From positions 1,770,001 to 1,802,000 of the forward strand of contig CBDCNV010000001.1 in NCBI GenBank assembly GCA_965219535.1: a DNA stretch of 32,000 bases, read 5' to 3'. Numbering within the stretch: the stretch's first letter is position 1; every line of letters starts with the position of its first letter. Below, in pieces: positions 25,659 to 32,000 of this stretch. The translations under genes were made by a program, and so were the position numbers. The DNA is from Opitutales bacterium (GTDB taxonomy: Bacteria > Verrucomicrobiota > Verrucomicrobiia > Opitutales > PNEW01). The notes under the pieces are model-generated. The model ran no database searches. It saw nothing but the letters and a program-made list of their open reading frames with translations, and was not told the origin of the DNA.

Positions 25659-27923
25659 TTAAACGATACGGAAATCTATCTGCCTTTTAAAGCGGTTAAC
25701 GCGATCTACTTTCACTTTAACTTTCTGGCCTAGAGTAAACTTTTTTCTTCTCCGGCGGCCGATTAGCGCAGTGCCGTCAGGGGTCAGCGCGTAGAGGTCA
25801 TCACGCAGGGTGGATACGTGGATGAGGCCAAATGCCATAGAGGGGGTAAGTTCAACAAACATACCGTGATTCTTTAGATCAACAATAATTGCATCAAAGA
25901 CACTTTTCTTTTTTTTCTTTAATTCCCGTTCAAAAAATTCCAGGAGTTTTACTTTAACGGAATTGCGTTCAGCCTCGGTACTATTCTGTTCTGTGAGCGA
26001 TAGGTGGAGCGATAATTTTATTAAGTGTTGCTTGGAATAATTTAAAGGACTCTTTTTGGGTGCTGTTTTTTGTCCCGCGCGAGCCATGAAGGAGTCGAGA
26101 ATACGATGCACGATTAAATCAGAATAGCGACGAATCGGTGAAGTGAAGTGAGTGTAGTCATTCATGTTCAATCCAAAATGACCATCGGGGTCGGCACGAT
26201 AGCAAGCCTGTTTGAGGCTGCGTAGAAATTGAATGCGCAAAGTGTGCCCTTGAGGGTGCTCTTTTAATTTAGTTATCAAAGAGACAATCTCTTTTCGATG
26301 AATAAGATTTCCCGTTTCAAGACCAAAAGTCGCGAGGGTTTCCCGTAGTTCGTTTAATTTCTCAGGATCTGGCTTATCATGCACGCGATAGATAAGAGGA
26401 AGACCGTATTTTCTTAAGGATTTCGCCACCGCCTCGTTAGCGGCGAGCATAAATTCTTCGATCAGCTGATGGCTTTCATCATATTCGATACTTTCAATGC
26501 GATCGGCATATCCCTCTTTATCTACAAATATTTTAACTTCCGGCATATCGAGATCCAGGCTTCCGTGCTTAAAACGTCGCGCGCGTAATACCTTGGCAAT
26601 TTTCCATAACTTTCGTACCGATGATTGAATTACCTTTAGTTCATCATCCGACAGATCAGACAAAGGCCGTCCGGTAGATCCGGTTTGATGGGAAGGTGGA
26701 AGAGGTACGTTTCGGATCGCGTTTAGCTGATCTTCATTCAGCAAGGCAAATGCCTGTTGATAAGTTAATCTTTTATCACTGCAGATAATGCTATTTGAAA
26801 ATCCCGATTTAACAAGATGCCCATTACTTGAAAAAGTGAGAAAGACAGATTTGGTTAGTCGGTCTTTGCCTTCAACTAAACTGCAGATACCATTGGATAG
26901 GGCAGGGGGAAGCATCGGGATGACCTCACCGACAAGATAGGTTGAATTTCCACGGCGTTGAGCCTCCTTATCCAGTTGACTGTCTTGTTTTACATAAGCA
27001 TTGACATCAGCTATGTGGATGCCGATACGCGTTTCATTATTTGGAAGAGATTCCAAAGACAAGGCATCATCAAAGTCTTTTGCATCTTCAGGGTCTATGG
27101 TGAGGGTTGTAACTTTACGCATATCCAACCTGTCCTTTCTCTGTTCGGGAAGTACTTCGCCAGGAATCTTTTCAGCTTCGCGCATAACAGCAGGTGGAAA
27201 TACAGGATCGAGATCGTAAAGTCGCAGGATGGCCTTATGTTCTGCGCTGGGTTCGTGGGATTGACCAAGTACTTCAATTATTTCTCCCTCGGGATTTAAA
27301 TGGCGTTGAGTCCATTCAGCTAAATGGACAACTACTTTATCATTCACTCTGGGAATCGGTTTAATGCCAGAACTTTGGGGATCCGGAACGAGAATATCAG
27401 ATGTAATTCTCGGGTCATCCGGTATTATAAAATGATTGAGAGGGCTACGTTTCAGCGTTCCGGTTATGGATTCATTTCGCCGCTCAAGGATGCGAATGAC
27501 TTGGCAAACTTCTGTTGTCTCTGGTCGTATGTTCCGAGCTTTATATTTTCTTCGGTTTTGCGGTTGTCTGCGTTTGGTAAGCTTTTTTCGGGCAAGGACA
27601 CGATCTCGGTGCATTGCTACACCTGTATCTTCTGCTCGAATATTAATGGGCTCTTTTTCAGAATCTGGGGTGGGGACTAAGACAGCAGCACCGTTTTGTC
27701 GAAAATGGATAATACCGGCTATGAGGTCTGCATCTGCAGGCATACAGAGTTGATCTTTTTTAATTTTCACAATTACGCCTTGCTGTAATAGCTTTTCAAT
27801 CTCACGAAAGAAATCTTTACGACGGCGCCCTTTGATCATTAATTGATTGGCGATTTTATTGGCCGAATGCGGGACATAGTCCGGCTCACTCATTAATCGC
27901 GTTATAATTTCAATGTTCTCCAT
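25659..27923 (-). CDS. rnr: ribonuclease R
   Basis: A 754-aa ORF. It has RNB-domain motifs (DPEDAKDFDDALS, HFGLNMNDYTHFTSPIRRYSDLIVHR) and a C-terminal S1 domain (HGMFVEL...GLIHVS). Confidence 0.93.
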   Translation of the reverse strand: MENIEIITRLMSEPDYVPHSANKIANQLMIKGRRRKDFFREIEKLLQQGVIVKIKKDQLCMPADADLIAGIIHFRQNGAAVLVPTPDSEKEPINIRAEDTGVAMHRDRVLARKKLTKRRQPQNRRKYKARNIRPETTEVCQVIRILERRNESITGTLKRSPLNHFIIPDDPRITSDILVPDPQSSGIKPIPRVNDKVVVHLAEWTQRHLNPEGEIIEVLGQSHEPSAEHKAILRLYDLDPVFPPAVMREAEKIPGEVLPEQRKDRLDMRKVTTLTIDPEDAKDFDDALSLESLPNNETRIGIHIADVNAYVKQDSQLDKEAQRRGNSTYLVGEVIPMLPPALSNGICSLVEGKDRLTKSVFLTFSSNGHLVKSGFSNSIICSDKRLTYQQAFALLNEDQLNAIRNVPLPPSHQTGSTGRPLSDLSDDELKVIQSSVRKLWKIAKVLRARRFKHGSLDLDMPEVKIFVDKEGYADRIESIEYDESHQLIEEFMLAANEAVAKSLRKYGLPLIYRVHDKPDPEKLNELRETLATFGLETGNLIHRKEIVSLITKLKEHPQGHTLRIQFLRSLKQACYRADPDGHFGLNMNDYTHFTSPIRRYSDLIVHRILDSFMARAGQKTAPKKSPLNYSKQHLIKLSLHLSLTEQNSTEAERNSVKVKLLEFFERELKKKKKSVFDAIIVDLKNHGMFVELTPSMAFGLIHVSTLRDDLYALTPDGTALIGRRRRKKFTLGQKVKVKVDRVNRFKRQIDFRIV

Positions 27924-28065
27924 ATTGTAAATAATTGTCTCTGGCTAACTTATAGGAATTGTTGATGTGTTCTATGGTATCTTGTCATATTAGTAACTAA
28001 ATCAAATTTGTGAATCAGACGCTTCTCTAGTTTGAAGAGAAGAAGTTGCACAATGGAAATATCCT

Positions 28066-28094
28066 AAATCGGACAAATGCTTTTACTCCGATTT
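28066..28094 (-). terminator. candidate hairpin terminator downstream of the pseudopilin-like gene
   Basis: AAATCGGA (28066-28073) pairs with TCCGATTT (28087-28094): an 8-bp stem around a 13-nt loop. It starts about 63 nt after the stop at 28157. Only a weak T-rich tail follows on the minus strand. Confidence 0.3.
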
Positions 28095-28156
28095 AATGTC
28101 GAATAACGAATATTTGGAGCAGGATATTTAAATTTATGAAAATTAGCAATGGCAGT

Positions 28157-28885
28157 CTACTCATTCCCAGGGTTCGGGTTGCCTGGATTAATTTCAAGTA
28201 TTCGAGCGCCGGGGTTTAGCGCCTCTAAAATATTCTTTGTCGCTCCTTTATCCGTGTAACGGACGAGAAGACCCTCCCCATTTGGATTGTCACCAACAAG
28301 ATTTTCGTGCCAGTCGACATGACCATCAAGATAGACAATATGACCACCCGCCCCTTCCCATGGAGAATCGATGTCCCAATAACCATTACTGTTTAGCCCG
28401 CGGGTCCAGGCAAGGGGAGTCGTCGATACAGGAGCGCGTGGACTAATTCCCGCGGCCAGAGTCCAACTTACTGGAGTGCCTATGAGATTGTTTTGGATGA
28501 GTCTTCCCTGTTCATTGAAAGTACCTACAGTTTTCGGTAATTCACCAAAATTTGCGACGGCCGGATCAGATCCTATGAAGTAAAGAGAAGCGTCGTTTAA
28601 AGTAGCCTTTTCGGCAAGAATAGCAGCCCATTCATAAGGGTCATTAACTGTAAGCGGGATGGTCCTTGGATTAGATCCGTTATTGGCATAAGTCATATAG
28701 GCCAAAGCAATTTGCCGGATGTTACTTGCTGCTTGAGATCTGGTTGCACTATCGAGAACCGAACCCACCGTTGGAATAAGTAAAGTGGCCAATATTCCGA
28801 TTATCGCAATAACCGTGAGTAACTCAACGAGGGTGAAAGCAGATGGTTTTGATGATAGGGTGCTTTTCGCACGGCACACAAACAT
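28157..28885 (-). CDS. prepilin-type N-terminal cleavage/methylation domain protein (pseudopilin-like, PVC type)
   Basis: The N-terminus KPSAFTLVELLTVIAIIGILATLLIP is a class III signal / methylation motif. The C-terminal GGHIVYLDGHVDW resembles the ...DG motif of the H-X9-DG pseudopilin-like family. Confidence 0.8.
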   Translation of the reverse strand: MFVCRAKSTLSSKPSAFTLVELLTVIAIIGILATLLIPTVGSVLDSATRSQAASNIRQIALAYMTYANNGSNPRTIPLTVNDPYEWAAILAEKATLNDASLYFIGSDPAVANFGELPKTVGTFNEQGRLIQNNLIGTPVSWTLAAGISPRAPVSTTPLAWTRGLNSNGYWDIDSPWEGAGGHIVYLDGHVDWHENLVGDNPNGEGLLVRYTDKGATKNILEALNPGARILEINPGNPNPGNE

Positions 28886-28915
28886 GGTAGTATTAACGAC
28901 ACATTATTGGGCTCA

Positions 28916-30184
28916 CTAATAGTTGAGGGGAAATTTTTCACAGAGTGCAATGACCTCATTACGAACTTCTGAAATGAGGCTTTCGTTCTCTGGATCAGTG
29001 AGCACCCGGTGGATCCCATTGGCGATTACGCGCATCTCGGATTCTTGCATCCCACGGCTGGTTACGGCAGGGGTACCCAGTCGAATACCGCTGGTCTTAA
29101 ATGGGCTGCGTGTTTCGCCAGGGACGGTATTTTTATTAGTCGTAAGGTGGGCTTTTTCTAGTGCCTTCTCGGCTTGTTTCCCCGTCATATTGGGAAACTT
29201 TGGCCGCAGATCCATAAGCACGAGGTGGTTATCTGTTCCTCCACTTAGTATGAAATGGCCATTTTCAACTAACACCGCCGCCAGGACAATGGCATTGGCG
29301 ATAACTTGAGACTGATATTCCTTAAATTCAGGTTTCAATGCTTCACCCAGGCAGATCGCCTTAGCAGCAATCACATGCATCAGCGGACCCCCTTGAATTC
29401 CGGGAAATACTGCCGAATTTACGGCTTTGGCGTAAGCTTCCTTGCAAATAATGAGTCCACCTCGTGGCCCCCGCAGTGTTTTATGCGTAGTTGTAGTCAC
29501 AAAATCAGCATGAGGAACGGGTGAAGGGTGTAACCCAGTTGCGACCAAACCCGCGATATGTGCAATGTCTGCAAAGAGATAGGCGCCACAATCGCGAGCG
29601 ATCCGCCCCATGCATTCGAAATCAATAATTCGCGGGTACGCGGAAGCACCAACCGTGATCATCTTAGGTTTTTCTCGCGCGGCAATTTCTGACAGCTGCT
29701 CATAATCGATGCGCCCGTCCTTTTCACTGACACCATAGTTTACGGTCTCATAAAGTTTGCCGCTAAAATTAGCAAAGTGACCGTGAGTTAGATGCCCGCC
29801 ATCTACTAAGCTCATTGTAAGAATCTTATCCCCAGGCTCGAGGACGGAAAAATAAACACCCATATTTGCCTGGCTTCCCGAGTGCGGTTGCACGTTAACA
29901 TGTTCTCCGCCAAAAAGTTGAATTGCACGATCAATGGCCAATTGTTCGACGATATCGACGTTTTCGCAGCCTCCATAATAACGCTTTCCGGGATAACCTT
30001 CAGCGTATTTATTCGTCATCACAGATCCTGTTGCTTCCATTACGGCAGGAAGAGTAAAGTTTTCTGAAGCAATAAGTTCTAAATGGTTATGCTGACGTTT
30101 TTTTTCCAGCGCGATAGCTTCGTAAACTTCAGGATCGAGTGTTTCCAGGTTTTCACTGTTTATCATGGGGGTGTCAGTGATCAT
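28916..30184 (-). CDS. glyA: serine hydroxymethyltransferase
   Basis: A 422-aa ORF with the PLP-lysine motif [14 protein letters not shown], plus ELIASENF and [10 protein letters not shown]. Confidence 0.97.
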   Translation of the reverse strand: MITDTPMINSENLETLDPEVYEAIALEKKRQHNHLELIASENFTLPAVMEATGSVMTNKYAEGYPGKRYYGGCENVDIVEQLAIDRAIQLFGGEHVNVQPHSGSQANMGVYFSVLEPGDKILTMSLVDGGHLTHGHFANFSGKLYETVNYGVSEKDGRIDYEQLSEIAAREKPKMITVGASAYPRIIDFECMGRIARDCGAYLFADIAHIAGLVATGLHPSPVPHADFVTTTTHKTLRGPRGGLIICKEAYAKAVNSAVFPGIQGGPLMHVIAAKAICLGEALKPEFKEYQSQVIANAIVLAAVLVENGHFILSGGTDNHLVLMDLRPKFPNMTGKQAEKALEKAHLTTNKNTVPGETRSPFKTSGIRLGTPAVTSRGMQESEMRVIANGIHRVLTDPENESLISEVRNEVIALCEKFPLNY

Positions 30185-30311
30185 AGGGGCAATTATATTT
30201 TATTGGTTAGTATAAATGTGTGGAAATAGAAAATTCTTTATTATCCCAATTTTGTCAATTTTGCATTCGGCTGATCTACACGTTTAAATCCTCGGTAGAT
30301 GGGATTATAGT

Positions 30312-30806
30312 CTAATCTTTCTCAGGCTTATGACTATTTTTAAGGTATTTAATAATATAGGGAATAGCTTCGACAATACTGTCACGACAAGATTCATAAA
30401 CTGACAAATTAGTTCCGAATGGATCAGAGATTTCCAGTTCCGTGGTTGAGGGAATGTGTTCACGAAAGAGTTGAATCGGGATTTTGGATTGAGGGAAGAG
30501 CCTCCGGAGGTATTGGCGGTGGGACTCGGTCATACAGAATACAACGATGGAATCCTCTATCAATTTATTAGTTACTTGACTACTTCGGTGGTCAGTTAGG
30601 TCTAAACCTACTTTTTTTAAAGCGTTGATCGCATGAGTGGAAGCGGGACCTTTATTTACCGCTGAAACGCCAGCAGATATCACGCGATAGGTGCACCAGG
30701 GATCATTTTCCGCGCCCAAGGCGTGCTGCAGTAATTTTGCAGCCATAGGGCTGCGGCAGCTATTACCCGTACAGATACAAGTAATTAATGGTGCTTTTTC
30801 AGCCAT
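30312..30806 (-). CDS. low-molecular-weight protein phosphatase, YwlE-like
   Basis: Has the CX5R P-loop (CICTGNSCRSPMA) and a DP motif (ISDPFG). At 164 aa it is colinear with B. subtilis YwlE as I recall it. Confidence 0.85.
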   Translation of the reverse strand: MAEKAPLITCICTGNSCRSPMAAKLLQHALGAENDPWCTYRVISAGVSAVNKGPASTHAINALKKVGLDLTDHRSSQVTNKLIEDSIVVFCMTESHRQYLRRLFPQSKIPIQLFREHIPSTTELEISDPFGTNLSVYESCRDSIVEAIPYIIKYLKNSHKPEKD

Positions 30807-30965
30807 GGAAGACTTAGCATGATGACGGTGAGGTGACTAATTGTAAAGCTGCAATGAATCTGAATAGGGGGTACTTGCTGATGCGTTAGAATAGCTTAGG
30901 TTCTCCTAATGCCTACTGATAAATTTATAAATTCCCCTCCTGGTTTTTGACTGATCGAGAGCTAA

Positions 30966-32000
30966 TTAAACTAAACGTCGTAACTCCCTTGCTCCAATAT
31001 CACGTCGAAAATAAACCGAAGGATACCGCACTTGTTCACAGTAGGCGTATGCATCGTGCGCTGCTGTCTCTAAGTCTTTACCCAAGGCTGTGACACCTAA
31101 TACGCGTCCACCATTGGTCAGGATTTTACCCTCATCACCCAATCTTGTCCCGGCATGAATAACATGAATATTTTCCGGAGTATTATTGGGGAAATCAATG
31201 ATTTCTCCACTCGGGTAGGTTTCCGGGTAACCCTGGCTAGCCAGCACTACGACACATGCGCTTTTATTTTTAAATTTTACGGCTTCGGGCTCCAAAGTGT
31301 TAGTCGCGCAAGCGTAGATCAGCTTAATTGGGTCTGTATCGATCAAGGGAAGTAAAACTTGTGTTTCAGGATCACCAAAACGGACATTAAATTCTATTAC
31401 TTTTGGCCCCTCGTCAGTAATCATAATCCCGATATAGAGAGCTCCATGATAATCTATTTCTTCACTCTTCAGTCCCGCAAGCGTCGGTTCAATAATGTCC
31501 TTATTAATTTGCAGCTGAATCTTATCTGTAACAACCGAGGCAGGCGCGTAAGCTCCCATTCCCCCAGTATTGAGACCGGTGTCATTTTCACCAATACGCT
31601 TGTGGTCCTGGCTGGGTGGCAGTGCCAGATATTTCTCTCCTGAAACAATTATATGAATGGATGCTTCCTCTCCCTGTAAATATTCTTCGATCACAATTTC
31701 TTTTCCGCTCGCACCAAATAATTCTCCAGAGAGCATCTTTTGAATACTGGATTCAGCATCTTTTTTATTATCGGAAATAATTACGCCTTTACCCGCCGCT
31801 AACCCATCGGCTTTTATGACGATGGGAAATGAACTTTCTTCCAGGTAATCCAATGCTGGCTCCAATTGTGAAAAAGTTGCTGAATCTGCCGTGGGGATCG
31901 CGTATTTAGCAAGAAACTGTTTGGTAAATACCTTACTTCCTTCCAAGCGAGCCGCTTTTCGGTTAGGGCCAAAGGCAGGTATATTTTCAGCCTGGAGCGC
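30966..32000 (-). CDS. purD: phosphoribosylamine--glycine ligase (partial; N-terminus lies beyond the window end)
   Basis: The frame stays open to position 32000, reading ...ALQAENIPAFGPNRKAARLEGSKVFTKQFLAKYAIPTA. The 'M' at 31946 in the ORF track is an internal TTG Leu codon. ATG-independent support comes from the ATP-grasp motifs VIKADGLAAGKGV and EFNVRFGDPE. Confidence 0.93.
   Translation of the reverse strand, partial: ALQAENIPAFGPNRKAARLEGSKVFTKQFLAKYAIPTADSATFSQLEPALDYLEESSFPIVIKADGLAAGKGVIISDNKKDAESSIQKMLSGELFGASGKEIVIEEYLQGEEASIHIIVSGEKYLALPPSQDHKRIGENDTGLNTGGMGAYAPASVVTDKIQLQINKDIIEPTLAGLKSEEIDYHGALYIGIMITDEGPKVIEFNVRFGDPETQVLLPLIDTDPIKLIYACATNTLEPEAVKFKNKSACVVVLASQGYPETYPSGEIIDFPNNTPENIHVIHAGTRLGDEGKILTNGGRVLGVTALGKDLETAAHDAYAYCEQVRYPSVYFRRDIGARELRRLV

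Noticed and set aside
28022-28042. A 7-bp hairpin, CTTCTCT(agtttga)AGAGAAG, between the pseudopilin-like gene and rnr.
   Set aside because: No U-tract follows on either strand, and the stem is short and AT/purine-rich. The hairpin at 28066-28094 is a somewhat better terminator candidate.
30185-30311. Possible ZTP (pfl) or other riboswitch upstream of glyA, since glyA is a common ZTP-regulated gene.
   Set aside because: The 127-nt minus-strand leader is AT-rich. It lacks the conserved GC-rich pseudoknot/CCGCCUGGG-like core I would expect.
30922-30933. A perfect 12-bp AT palindrome, AATTTATAAATT, about 120 nt upstream of the phosphatase gene.
   Set aside because: Short AT-only palindromes are common in AT-rich intergenic DNA, and there is no second copy or partner motif.
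1-32000. Scan for tRNA/rRNA genes, CRISPR repeat-spacer arrays, transposases, integrases, phage genes and long direct or inverted repeats.
   Set aside because: I saw no T-loop-like GGTTCGAATCC contexts, no regularly spaced repeats and no recombinase-like ORFs. The intergenic regions are short or are explained by promoters, terminators and one gene relic.

Overview
This window is a largely housekeeping chromosomal segment, moderately AT-rich by eye. It is most consistent with a PVC-superphylum (Verrucomicrobiota-like) bacterium. That placement is an inference from the prepilin-type 'FTLVELL...' protein with a C-terminal 'YLDGHV' motif and from the general gene content.

I support 26 protein-coding genes:
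- Minus strand, 1-5048: argB (partial), argJ, argC, rpsI, rplM and a Gcw_chp/TorF-like outer-membrane beta-barrel.
- 5487-7349: tal (+) and a fatty-acid-hydroxylase/sterol-desaturase-family membrane protein (-).
- 7675-12108: a MoxR ATPase / DUF58 / TgpA-like transglutaminase operon (+).
- Minus strand, 12156-17637: a mreB-mreC-mreD-mrdA cluster followed by a DUF2961 (GH172-like) gene.
- Plus strand, 17875-22453: a CPA2 antiporter with tandem RCK_C domains, then a family-B DNA polymerase.
- Minus strand, 22481-32000: a CE7 acetyl esterase, a D-2-hydroxyacid dehydrogenase, a DUF5069-like protein, rnr, a pseudopilin-like protein, glyA, a YwlE-like low-molecular-weight phosphatase and purD (partial).

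I also call a few promoters and intrinsic terminators. One decayed dehydrogenase gene fragment is hidden in a 500-bp gap with no predicted gene. I saw no rRNA, tRNA, CRISPR array, transposase, integrase or phage genes.

I did not find a self-evident novel multi-gene system. The best leads, all moderate, are:
- The DUF2961 gene sits where rodA normally follows mrdA.
- The stand-alone polB has archaeal-flavoured motifs.
- The MoxR-DUF58-TgpA module is compact and cleanly bounded.
- The frameshifted dehydrogenase relic lies in the polB-to-DUF5069 stretch, the only accessory-looking part of the window.
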